Of a stretch of 64,000 bases of DNA, positions 12,079 through 24,600 are shown piece after piece. This DNA comes from Gordius albopunctatus (Eukaryota). The notes under the pieces are model-generated. The model did not search any database. It was not told the origin of the DNA and saw only the letters and a program-made list of their open reading frames with translations. The stretch lies in the NCBI GenBank assembly GCA_964276515.1, contig OZ193909.1, forward strand, positions 13,268,001-13,332,000. The letters are read 5' to 3'. The translations under genes and the position numbers were made by a program. Position 1 is the stretch's first letter. Each line of letters begins with the position of its first letter.

Positions 12079-15000
12079 TGTAACGTTCTTAATGATAGTT
12101 ACTATGTTTTATTCAAACGCCGATATTATATAACTGTGGAACAAAAATTACAAGACTGATCGAACATGTGCGTATATTGCGTTTATAAATCTTTGGGAAA
12201 ATACATAATCTTCATTATTGAAAAAATCGATAATATTCTTGGAAGATCTGAAATAATCGATGAGTTTTCATGAAGATTGATTATTTTCTGGGAAGATCAT
12301 AATAAATTGATAAGTTTCAAAGAAGATCTGTCAATCGACGTCATAGCGTGCGATCTTCTAGGAAAAGAAATTCAAATGTGTGATAACTTATTTCTGCTGA
12401 TGTCACTACAGATACTCCCCTTCCAGATACATTGATAATGTATCGATAAAAAAATATAAATCATGCGCAATGTTCGCGAAGTTTCTTCGGCCAATGAACA
12501 TGTCTACCCTTTCGTGTCACTATCTTTGTTTCTTTAACCTCTTCGGCTCCATCTGTTGATGGTTTTTGTGTTTTGTTGTTGCCAGAGAGGAGTGGCTCAT
12601 CTGTATTAAAATAGCTCGGTTTCAGACGGTCTATCGAAACCGAATCCTTCTTGCCATTCTTCTCGATGATAAAATACTTGGGCTCACGTTTCAAAACTTT
12701 GTAGGGGCCGTCGTAAGGTGCAGAGAGTGACTTTCGTACCGCGTCGTTTCTCACGAAGACGTGGGATGTTTCGAACAAATCGCGGCTAATTTGTTCTTTA
12801 GTTGTTCCGTGCCGTTTGGGTATAGGGTATGGGATTTTTTTCATTATTTGTTTAAGTTTCTCTACGAACTGATGTACCTGTATCTTTGAGGGTTGCAGGG
12901 ATTCAAGTTGTGAAAATTATTCTCCGAGGAGTCGTAGATTAGTTCCATAAATCATATTGTAGAACGTATACCAAGCAGTACTAATGGTAGGGCTTCGTCC
13001 CATTTAATCTGCCCCATGGCCTTTAAAGAAGCTTTAAGTTGTCTATGAAATCGTTCGACTAGTCCATTAGCTGATTGATGGTATGCTGTGGTGTTAATGT
13101 GCTCACATCCTAGAATGTTAGATAATTCTTTGAATATGTTAGACTGGAATTGGGAGCCTCTGTCTGTAGTAATCGTACTAGGGACTCCATAATTAGCAAT
13201 CCATCTCTCGATTAGTTTACTGGCGATTTCCTCTGTGGACGTTTCTTTTAGTGGAACGGCCATGAGCCATCTCGAGAAACGATCCACTGCAGTTAAAATA
13301 TATGGAAAACCATTAGATGGAGGTAGAGGTCCTACTATATCGATATGTATATGAGAAAATCTTGCATCAGGTTCTGCGAAAGTACCCGGTGTCGCTACAG
13401 TGTGTCTGTAAACTTTATTTTTCTGGCAATTTAAACAGAATTTGGCCCATTTCTTGATGTCTTGATTCATAGAAGGCCAAACATATAGTTTCGAAATCAT
13501 TTTACTTGTTGCGCAAATGCCAGGGTATAAAATTCCATGAAAATGGTCGAATATTTTTCGGCGAAGCTGCCCGGGTACAACTGGTCTTGGCTTGCCAGTC
13601 TTAACGTCGCAAAGGACTCGTTTATCAGAACCGGGGATGGGCATTTCCTGTAAATTGAAGGAGGTATTTTGTAGATTCTTTTGTAATTCTGTAATGTTCT
13701 GATTTGACGCGAGATCCACAATGTACGGTATTTTTGAAAGTTGGATTGAATCTACCTCGATCCGAGATAAAGTGTCAGCTATCGTATTGCTTTCTCGTTT
13801 AATGTATCGTATATTGGTGGAAAATTGAGATATTAAATCCAGATGTCGCGTTTCTCGGGGGGAATAACGATCAGGTTTCGCATCGAACGCATAAATCAGT
13901 GGTTTATGATCGGTGTAAATTATAAAAACGCGTCCTTCTAAAATTTGTCTAAAATGTTTGATCGCTAAGTATATTGCGAGGAGTTCGCGTCCGAATGTTT
14001 TGTATCTCTGTTGCGTTGGTTGCAATTTCGCCGAAAAGAATGCAAGTGGAAAAGATTTTCCTGCTATTACCTGTTGCAAGACAGCACCCACTGCGGAATC
14101 TGAGGCGTCAGTGGTTAAGGTTATTTGAATATTAGGTCCCGTATCCAAAAAGGTTAAAGCGGTAAAATTACAAAACGCAGCTTTTGCTCTTTGAAATGCT
14201 TTTACCTGATCCTCGATTAAGAATATTGTCTTCTGTGGATTTTTCAACAAATCCGTCAAAGGTTGCAGAATGTGGGAAATTCCAGGCAAAAATCTTCGAA
14301 AAAAATTGATCATCCCCAAGAATCTCCTAAGTTTTTTATTTGAACCCGGTATCGGAAAATTGCGAATGGCTTTAATCCTCTCTGCTAACGGAGTGATACC
14401 TGCGGCGGTTATTTTGTGTCCCAGGAATTCTAGTTCTCAACTCCAAATTTGCATTTTAAAGGATTAATTCTAAGGTTAAAATCATGCAAACGCTGTAGGA
14501 CTGCCTTGAGATGATTTTTGTGTTCGTTTTCGGATAAACTGGTTATAAGGATGTCGTCAATGTAAGCGTATGTGCCGTCGAGACCTCGTAGAACTTCATC
14601 GGTAAATCTTTGAAACGTTTGGGCTGCGCTTTTAAGACCAAATGGCATCCTACGGAATTCATAAAGACCGAATGGTGTCGTAACTGCGGTCTTGCAGATG
14701 TCTTCGTCAGCCATTAGGATATGATGATAAACCCTTACCAAATCCTATTTACTAAAAATTGTTTTTCCGCATAAATTAGCCGTAAAATCATGAATATGTG
14801 GAATTGGGTACCGATCGGGAGTAGTTACTCTATTTAGACTCCTGTAGCCCCCACATGGTCTCCAATCTCCTGATTTTTTTATAGACTAGATGCAACGGTG
14901 ATGCCCAGCTGCTTTCAGATTTTTGAATGATTCCTAACTCGAGCATGAATTCAAATTCTTTTTTGGCTGCTTCCAGCTTGTCCGCTGCCAAACGCCTCGG

Positions 15001-16827
15001 GCCTTGAATGTTGTGCCGGTGCCATTGTTGAGATATGATGGCGTATGTGGTGGTTGGGTAATTGGCAATTGAAATCAGGCGGTGCTATAAGTCGTGGGAA
15101 TTCTTTTATTATCAGATCTAAATCGGAATGAGGTTGTATATATCCTACAGGAATTCCTGATGTATGATGGGGGGATGTTTGGCCTCTTGACGTTAGTTGA
15201 GTTGTTCCGTCAATCAACCTTTTGTTTTTAATATCTACAATTATATTGTACCTGTGTAAAATGTCCGCCCCGATAATAGGTGAGTAAACATCAGCGACTA
15301 TAAATATCCATTGAAGTTCGCGTCTCAAACCTAAGTCCAAATTTAGCAACTTTTGTCCGTAAGTTACAATATTGCTTTCATTAGCCGCTTGCAACGTTGG
15401 ACCGTTTGGAATTTTAGGAAAATGTGTAGGTGGTGGAATTATACTAACCTCGGCTCAAATATTTTAGATTTGTTGACCGATCCATAATATAGAATAGACG
15501 ACTAGTTGATGATATGCCAGAGGTAGCCGTCGCCCGAACTACTCGGGCTACGAGTTTTTTTCAGGTTGGCTATCATAGGCACAAGGCTTTATGCATTTCC
15601 GTGCCTTGTCCTGGAATTTAAAATGATATTAACAGTACTTGTGTCAATGTTGTCCTCTTCCCCGTGAATTACTCCTTGCCCTAAAAGGTTGTTTTCTCCT
15701 GCCAAAATCTTGCTTGGATAAGTTGTTAATCTTTAATTCCAAATTATTTATCTGTTGGGTGAAACCTTGTATAGTTTTATGATCACTTGTAGGTTTTTCT
15801 ATTGAGATACTGTAAAATGGAATAATGATTGGTGAATTCTATCTGCGATTTCCGCCAAACTAGTCAACGGTTTATCGTCTCCCATGCATGTTAAAATACT
15901 TGTAATTTCTTTCGGTAATTTATTTGTCCATAAATTTCTTAAAATTGTGTCACTCATTTGATTGTCTCCTAAAAGGGATTTTAAATGACGCAGTAATTGC
16001 GACGGTGATTTGTCGCCAAGCGAAATTTCTTTAAATAAATTTTGTATTTTAATTGTCTCGCTTTGCCCGATTCTTTTGATCAAAGTCTGTTTTAGTACAT
16101 CGTGGGGGTTCTCGATAGGGATTTTGAGAATAAGATCAGCGACTTCTTCCGCCACATCCGCGGAGAAGGATTCCAATAAATACGCATACTTTCCTTTTTG
16201 GGAAATTATCCTTCTTGTTGTAAAAATAGCGTCTATTTGGGCTATCCATATTTGAATATTCCTCGAGTGGAATTCAGGAAGTTTTATGTATACCTATGAT
16301 TCCTGTTTTATAGTTTCCACAGGTGGGATATTGTTGTCCGAAACGGATGGGTCGGGGGTGAGAGACAGCATGTCTTTTGTTTCCATTTAATTGATTTAAC
16401 GAATTTCGAGGGAGGAGGTTAAGAAGGGAAAAAAATATTATTTTGCGAGTTACTCCAAGGGTCACCAATTTGGTGGCAGAGAGTAGTTTTACACGAGGAT
16501 AATTTTGGAACATAGAATACAATTCATCTTGCTAGAATTATTCAACTCATAATATTTGCGTACACATTTAGTTTATATAATTATAAAATACATAATCATC
16601 ATTATAGGAAAAATCGATAATATTCTTGGAAGATCTGAATTAATCGATGAGTTTTCATGAAGATTGATTATTTGCTGGGAAGACTTAAATATATCTATGA
16701 TCTTCTGAGAAGATCATAATAAATCGATAAGTTCCAAAGAAGATCTGTCAATCGACGTCATAGTGTGCGATCTTCTAGGAAAAGCAATTCAAATGTGTGA
16801 TAACTTATTTCTGCTGATGTCACTACA
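12079..16827 (-). mobile_element. Gypsy LTR retrotransposon, CsRn1/Kabuki-like clade, degenerate
   Basis: 5' LTR about 16827-16471, PBS TGGTGACCC (16467-16459, tRNA-Trp-like), gag (KLPEFHSRNIQIWIAQIDAIF), protease (PIIGADIL), RT (MPFGL, YIDD), RNase H (TDAS, RELLAI, TDHKPL), integrase (HIDIVGP, TDRGSQF, NGLVERFH), GPY motif, PPT 12424-12411, 3' LTR 12410-about 12079. Several stops and frameshifts. Confidence 0.95.
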
Positions 16828-16905
16828 ACCCGACTTTTCTCATATCTTATCCGTATTATAATATAAACCTTTAAGAAATCCTAGCCGTGCGCTTGGGAAG
16901 TTTTG

Positions 16906-19729
16906 ATGGAAGCCTTTACACTGAGGAAGATAAAGCTAACAGAAAAATTCTGTTATAATACGTGTTAATATACAAATAGTGTTGTAAAAACGGCTGGGTT
17001 TTGTTTGGTCGACCTTTGGTCTTAGTCGAATAAACATAAGCGGAATAAAGATTTGTTGATCTATTTTTCTTAGAAGACCACTAGGCTTGGTCAAAATTTT
17101 AAAAACAGACCAGAGTCGACCGTTAGTCTTAGTTGAACCAAAGGTCGACCAAACAAAACCCAGCCGTTTTTACAAAAATATATACAACTTTGACATTTTA
17201 AATAGCGATATTTTGGCCACAACCTTAAGTTTGTTTTTAAATATTTTCCCACCTAACAAATATTATGAATAGGCCCAATATTGTATTAAGGGGGCATTCT
17301 GAAGAAATTTCATGCGTTACATTTTTAAAAAATGTAAAGCAAGAGGATTTGTTTAACGAATATTTTCTTGCATCAGGTATTACTATGTGCCATATTTAAT
17401 AAGTATGGATTAAAACTTTTTATTTAGTAAGGTTTTATGATTGATAGGTTCATCAAATGGCAATTTATTTATTTGGAGCTTGTTAGACTTATCACCAGTT
17501 TTTAAAATAAGAGCCTACCAGAACATTATTTTAGCTATAATTGAAATACTGGACTCAAGAAGCAAAAGTATTGTTATTACACAAGCTAAAGGTGGAGAAT
17601 ACAAAATATGGAACTTTTCTAATGGCTTTCTAACACTAAATGGTACAAATTTGCTTGTTGCATTTACTATTAAAATTTATCCCTTTCTAATTAGATAGTT
17701 TTACTATTCCCTTCATGGGATTCTGTCAAATTGTGCCAGTCATCTTTAATAATGAAATGGCTATAATTTCATCTACAGAAGAAAATGTGGTGATGTATTC
17801 AATTTCCTCTAAATCATTGAAGTCATGGAATTACAATAAGAAATTATTGAAGTAAAATAAATTATAAATTAATATAAAAAAGTCTGATTTGTTTGAGCTG
17901 TCTCTTAATCATAAAGATTCATTTAGGCACATTTCAAATTATATTATATAATTCAATCAGCTTTTTTATGTAAAATAAATTAACTAACATAATGATAAGT
18001 CCATCCAATGGTCAATAATTTTTGTTAAATGATCAAGGATTAATGTTTTATTTAATTTTATTTAAATTTTTGGAACAATAATATTATTAAATCATCACAC
18101 AGGACCAACAAGTCATTAGTTTTTATTTCTTTTTTCCTATTTTTATCTTAGATTTTATTTGAGATAGACCTATTCTGGTTTAGATAAAAGTTTATATTAA
18201 AACTTGGTATTCAATAAAAAATTAAATATATACAGGTTTATTTATCTTTAAATTGTAAACATATTTTTAAAATTCTCAGTTTCTAATCTGAATACAAATT
18301 ATTTTTTTCATAAAAACATTATTGAACTATTAAATTGTTACACCTATTCCAAGACCAATTTCTCAATTGAAATTTAGCATTGGTCTCTAATGATTTGGGG
18401 CATAATAATGCCTATAAAAAATTCTAGATTAAAGTTGAGTTCAAATGTGGACAGCACTTATTTATTTAATAAATTTTATTATTTATAGATCTTTGGGAAC
18501 TCTGATGTGCTTAAATCCCTTTAAAATGACTCACCAAGGGTGTGATAAATACTTACTGGCAGGTTTTGAGGCTGGGATTATAGTCCTATACGCTTTACCA
18601 GGAGGTGGTCTCCTAGCTTATGCAGATCTAACTGCCATTGCTAAATCATTAAACCATCCAAATAGCGAAATAGAAACGGGCCCCATATTTGCAATAGCTT
18701 TTGACCCCCTCTCTGGTTTAGGATTTGCAAGTTCTGCCATCACTGCTTTGCCCTTATACAGCTTTAAATTAACAAAAGATGAAGGAAGACTGGAAGAGTC
18801 CTGGACTTTTCACTCACTTAACGTAATAATTGACCAACCAGAGATCTTTATTAGCCCATTCTCCAAACTTGTTTTAATAGCAGCTTCGGGCGATGAAAAG
18901 TCATCTTCAATATTGGTAGCTTCTGGTACGTCATCTAACTCCTTAGCAGTGTTCGAAGCAAATGTGGTAGGGGAAGTTTCTGTAACTTTAGAATTAATCC
19001 ACAAATTGAAGTGAGTATTTGGCATGAGCATGTTTTGCTGACTTTGCTAGGAATTAATTAAAGTTGCCCAAGAAATAAGGCTAAACTCCATTCAACTTGT
19101 TCCAAATTTATAATAAATATATTGGGAAAACTGTTAAAGGATAGAAAGAATATTTTGTTAAAGAAATAATTAAATTTAATGACATTTGTCCTTTCCGAAT
19201 TAACGAAGCTATAACCCAAAATATCAAACAAACATAGTATTTTAGAAGGATATTCAGTTTATTTTGTACATTAACAAGTGTTTAAAAATAATAACTAATA
19301 ATCATTTTGCAAAAAACCTCTTATAAGACACCCATAGTTTAGGCTAGTGATGGTGAAATAGCGTTTGATAGGCGCTAAAGCTATAGCACATAGTTGGAGG
19401 CGCTAACGCGCTGGTGCTATCACTAGTTTAGGCTATAAAAAGAACTAATGCATGTTATCTATAGTCCTAAAATTCGATTTAATTAAAAAAATATTTTCCC
19501 ACGTGCTAGGTATCACACGAAAAGGATCTCTTGTTTGGCCCTCTTCCCTACCGCCTTATTGCCTCGCGGACTAGAATCTTCAATCATAATAGCTGCCGGG
19601 TCTAGGGATTATTTGATCTCTATATGGGGATTGACCACTAAGTCTGCGACTGACGGAAATACGCACCAATGGAATTTGAGCGCACCAAAGTTGGAAGACT
19701 TTTTGTCCGGGCGTTGTTTAACGCTTTAA
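16906..19729 (+). CDS. GNB1L: WD40-repeat protein, GNB1L/Asa1-like
   Basis: Exons 16906-16961, 17273-17376, 17448-17642, 17695-17851, 18489-19010, 19510-19729 (1254 nt, in frame). Motifs PNIVLRGHSEEISCVTF, MGFC, KSLGTLMCL...LLAGFEAG and IAAGSRDYLISIW match recalled GNB1L blocks. The first exon (donor GTGTTA) is the least certain. Confidence 0.8.
16977..17180. mobile_element. hAT-type MITE in GNB1L intron 1
   Basis: TIRs of about 44 bp (tagtgttgtaaaaacggctgggttttgtttggtcgacctttggt and its near-perfect reverse complement); flanks tatacaaa / tatacaac (7/8 TSD). Confidence 0.85.
19345..19425. mobile_element. 81-bp hAT-type mini-MITE in the last GNB1L intron
   Basis: TIRs tagtgatgg / ctatcacta with perfect 8-bp TSD gtttaggc (19337-19344, 19426-19433). 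Confidence 0.8.
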
Positions 19730-21121
19730 TACCACTTGAAATTGTCTTTGATAATATTGGGGCTAATAGTCAAAGGCTTAAATTGGTTAGGCGCCATTGT
19801 CGATTATGAAATAAGAGCGTTGTGGCGCTAAGCTTGATATTATTGTTGTATATATTTACTAGTTTCTTTTATGACTGAAGTTTGTTGTATTAACCGATAG
19901 CTTCATTTAATTGTGTTATTTAAAATCAATAGAGGGTTTGAAAATTAGCATACATGTGTAGTTATTTAGTTTATGATTGATGCTAATAAAAAGTTTTTAT
20001 AATCAAATAGCGCGTTGCCATAAATTATGAAATATTTTATTTTCCTTTTTTTATATGGAAACTCACGTTTTTGCTTATTTACAACCTGATTCTTTATTTA
20101 AAATCAGAATGACAATGACCTTGCAGAATGAAAATGTATGTATTTACCAAAAAATTTTATCGAACTTATTCATAATATATTCAAAGACATTTAGAGAGTA
20201 TGGCCGACACTGGCCTTTTAATTAATTCGACAATACATAATTTAATATAATGTCCAAAACTTAGACAATTGAAATAATGAGAATAAAACTCATGCGCCAA
20301 TTTTTAAATTTGAATTGCACTTCATACCAAAAATATTTTTAGTTTATATTATACCCTGAAATATATGGCAATTTTATTTATTTTATCGATTTTATGTTTG
20401 AACTAAGATTGCAAAAAATATTTATTAGCCTTATATTTTTTAGACCAAGTTTTAGGAACTTAGGCGCATACATTTTATGAACACGACTGCCGCATACCGC
20501 ATTTGGTATAAATGCTGAGTGCTCTTTATGATTAAGTTTGGATATTCTGACTTAACAAAAAACTGTTAATCACTAATATAAACAAATACTACTCTCTAAT
20601 TCTGGAATATATTAAAAAATAATTAATTTCCTTTGATTTACAAATAATAGGACTCTTTTGATGAATTTTTTATCAATTACTATCAAATGTAAGTCCAGAG
20701 ATGTGTTTTTCAAGATTTATTGCTTCATTCACATATAATATATATGGTATAATAATTACATTAAATACAAATGCATTTTTAACAATAAATATATTGCAAG
20801 ATTTGCATAGTAACGCGTTGCTATGCATCTAGACCGTTGATACAAGGCACAACAAAAAAATTAAAAAAGCATATAATATTTATATATAAACTTAAATATC
20901 TACAAAAATTTAGAGATTTAGCACTAGGCGAGATTCATTCAAAGAGATTCAATTTTAATCGAGTTTAAGGTAGTGTTTGTGAATTGATTAATGTTAATGT
21001 TGTTGAACGAAAAAAAAGTTTCGATATAAATTTTGCAAATTAAATAAAATTTGGTATAAAAAATAAAATTCGTCCAGATTGGATTCTACGCAGAAGCAGA
21101 CGATAGAGATTGTTATAACCT

Positions 21122-21206
21122 ATTAGTAGTTGGAAGCGCCTCGTATTTTGATTTACGTGTTAGTGTCCCAAGATTTCCTTGAGGTTGTTAGTGTGAACGG
21201 GTGTTA
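21122..21206 (-). promoter_or_regulatory. Cluster of QKI/STAR response elements (NACUAAY plus UAAY half-sites) in the presumed quaking 3' UTR
   Basis: Minus-strand ACUAAC at 21192-21187 and 21164-21159, ACUAAU at 21127-21122, UAAC half-sites near 21203 and 21112. The extent of the UTR is inferred. Confidence 0.45.
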
Positions 21207-21673
21207 CTTTTAAAAGGTAAATTATATATATATATAAATTGGTTAAAGTGTTAATATAAAACGATCTATGTCATGTAACTTATTGAATTTAAACTAAACA
21301 TTTCTGTGATAAACCAACTTTTATTTAGGGTTTGATGAATGGTCAATTTTATAAAAAAATTATTTGTAACGTGTCAATAAAATTTTTCCCATAAAAGTTA
21401 TACTTTAATATATATATATATATAGATGATATTTTAAATTTTTGTGTGTCATCACATAAAGTTAATTTTTTTTAAAAGACTGAACGTAACAAAGGAATAA
21501 TAATAATAAACGTAACAGTTGTCGTTTTGTGTGTGTGCGTGGTGCAAAGCTTAAAAATATTCTTATATTTGGTATGGAAATTGTGCTTAAATTATGCCTC
21601 ATTATATGAGAGACTGTCGAATTATCAATGTTTGAGCAGTATTACCTCTCAAATAATAACACCGAAATAAATT

Positions 21674-24600
21674 CTAGCCCATCTTGTAGGGATGATCCCG
21701 GCTTAAAATTAATTTCCTCGGTTTACTAATCGCACCTAAAAATATAAAAGCGTTCGCATATAATTGTGTAGTATAAAGAAGAGTAATACGACACACGTTA
21801 CAATTTCGTTAAAATTCGATAATTTTTGGTTATTCTGGTGGTTGGAATGTTAAAAAGAGTTTAAATCATAATTAAGGATAAGTAATTTTAATTAATGCAA
21901 TAATTTAGATGATTAACAACAAATATTAAAGAAAAATAAAACGAGATTTAACAAATGCAATCGTGTATGAGTTACAACAAAATTTAAGGGTGTGTCAACA
22001 ATATAGTTGTGGACGATTCGATAAAGAGTTAAACGGTATAAATAGGTATCGAATTTAATATATATGATTTATAGTTTTAATATTATTCGTGTTTTGAGAA
22101 TTTTTGTGGATATTGCCCCTAGAGAGTGTGTATACGAGAGAGAGAGACTTGCAAGATATAAGAGCAGCAGAGACGTCACAAAGGATTGTAGTAGTAGATC
22201 AAAAATCACAATTACATATCACAAGCTCAACCCTTTATATAAGGTCAAGTTACATCGATAACACAAAATGCATCTTGGATACGGAGATAGAGATTGAAAA
22301 AAAAAGGGGCGAGGCGGCCTGGGGGTAAGAGTAAGGGGAGGGGGATCGGAGAGATTAGCGCACGTACGCACCGATTGTGGGCGGGGCGCCTTCGTAGGGT
22401 CCTGGGTATTCGAAGAAAGTAGGCGTAGCCGTCGCCCCAATTAAGTAGGGTAAGTCGAAGGCGCCGGGTGTGGGGGTGGTTGCCGCGTATATTAACCCGT
22501 TACCAGCGTCTATCAGGTGGTGGGCGTGGTGAGGGAAAGGACTCGCCGCCCCTCCGCCACTACCCCCCGAAGAGGGAGTCATAGCATTACCGGTACTACC
22601 GGAGTGCCCATTAGAGCGCGGACTCGCCCCCGCCCCACCCGTGGTGGTCAAATAAATGGCGGTGCCGAGGGGTGAGCCACCAAATCCCTGAGGGGGTCCG
22701 GTTTTTAGTTGAATGAGGGTGCCGCCTGGGCCTTGGACGAAAGAGGGCGTGGCGTAAGCGGGTCCGGGAGAGGCGGTCAGATATCGGGCTGCATTACCAC
22801 CGCCATTATTGCCTCCGTGAGCGGCTGCTAACAGCTGATTTGCGTTGAAAGGGGAAAATGTGGCGAGTGCCAGTGTTGAAGCGGGACCGCCCATAAAGCC
22901 TTGTAAATTGCAATTGACCCCCATTCCGTTGTTACCCGGTGTCATACCTTTCATTCATAAATTATAAATGCACGCCTAACAAATAATTATATACATTAAC
23001 GAGATGTCGCATCGTTATTAATTCATTAACATAAATTACACAACAATTAATTGGTATAACTATTTGACCACATTGCCATAATTAAAAATATGGTCGCGTT
23101 ATTTTAATGTAGAATTCTGCGTATATTTACGATTTTTTATATTAAAGAAAAATTTGTAACTACTAGAAATTTAAGTAAAATTTTATAGTCACTATTTTGA
23201 ATCGCTGCTATTATTACTCGCATCGATTTTAAGATATCAAAAATTTTGAAAATTATTTCTTTTGATTATGAATGCAAAGTATTTGTAAATGATAACAAGT
23301 GTTAAGCAAATATAGGTAAAGGTGTATGAAGAATATACGTGTTACCGCTATAAAAAATTTCTTAAGTAGCCCAATATTTGTACCTATTTTAATCCTACAT
23401 TAATGAACGATGCGCCCTAAGGGTAGCAAGTAAATACTTAATCATGTATAATTAAAAATAACGCTAGATCGGTAAATGAAAAGTTTGAAGTTTTCACCTT
23501 TCCCATTTGGCTCCCGAAAAGTTCCATTGAGAATGGCCAATTCCATAAGCTGCATTTTTTTGAGTTCATCCTCCCCTTCCGCCTAAATGACATCGTGTAA
23601 AATAACCCAATGAAAGAGATTTTTATATAATGTGGTACGAAAAGAAACACCGAAAAAATGTTAAAATCACATTGGACCGACAGGGAAACGAATAAACAAA
23701 CACGACATTTATAACCTGTGGAATTTAGATGACCGGGTGAAAGGACTCTTCCTTTGGCCGCACATAAGTTAAAAGATACATCATTAATTTATAAATAAAA
23801 CTTCATCCATATGCGTGAAAATTTCATCCAACATCATTGAAAGGGTTAAATTATCCAATATTATCAAAGACTTAAACATGACTACCTCTCCTTTGTTGCT
23901 AATCAATGCTAATGCATTAAAATTTTTAAAAATAAGTTAATTTAAACCTCAAAATCGATATTTTATAATTTATTTAAATGTATAACTTATAATACAATCA
24001 TCACTAAAGAACGGCTATTACTCCAAAATATTTCTAATTTTTCTTCTTAAAATAGTTGAAATCCTCTAAAAAATTCACTGAATAGTATAGTGTATACCGC
24101 GGGTACTAGAAGGCGTTCAATTTCATCCCTAGCCCGTTGCATGCGAATTTCTGCCCGTTCTTCTGTATCTTCTATCGTCACTAAAACGTGGAGCTCGTCA
24201 TTGAGATGTTCCCAATTGGGTTTGCCTTTGTTCATATCCTCCTATCATTACGTTATTTTAACACAGCAAAATTGTATAATATCTTTTTTTACACATTTTC
24301 AATAGAGACGTGAAATAAAAAGTGAGTTTGGGAAAGAAGGGAAAAATTGGATTTATAGCATGATTGCAAGAAACGAAATTTTAAATTGTCAAGAATATAG
24401 CAAAGGAGCCATTTTTACAGTCATTTCTACATATCAAGCAACGTATAGCGATTATATTTCTCTAGCGTGCGCCTTGCCAACTGCATTTGAGTGTTCTTGT
24501 TGCCTAATTTTGGCGAAAAACAAAAGCCCTCAAAACGAATAAAGCTACATTCGGCTTTAGGCCCAAGCTTAATTTGACAATTTGTTTAAATAGTTTATCG

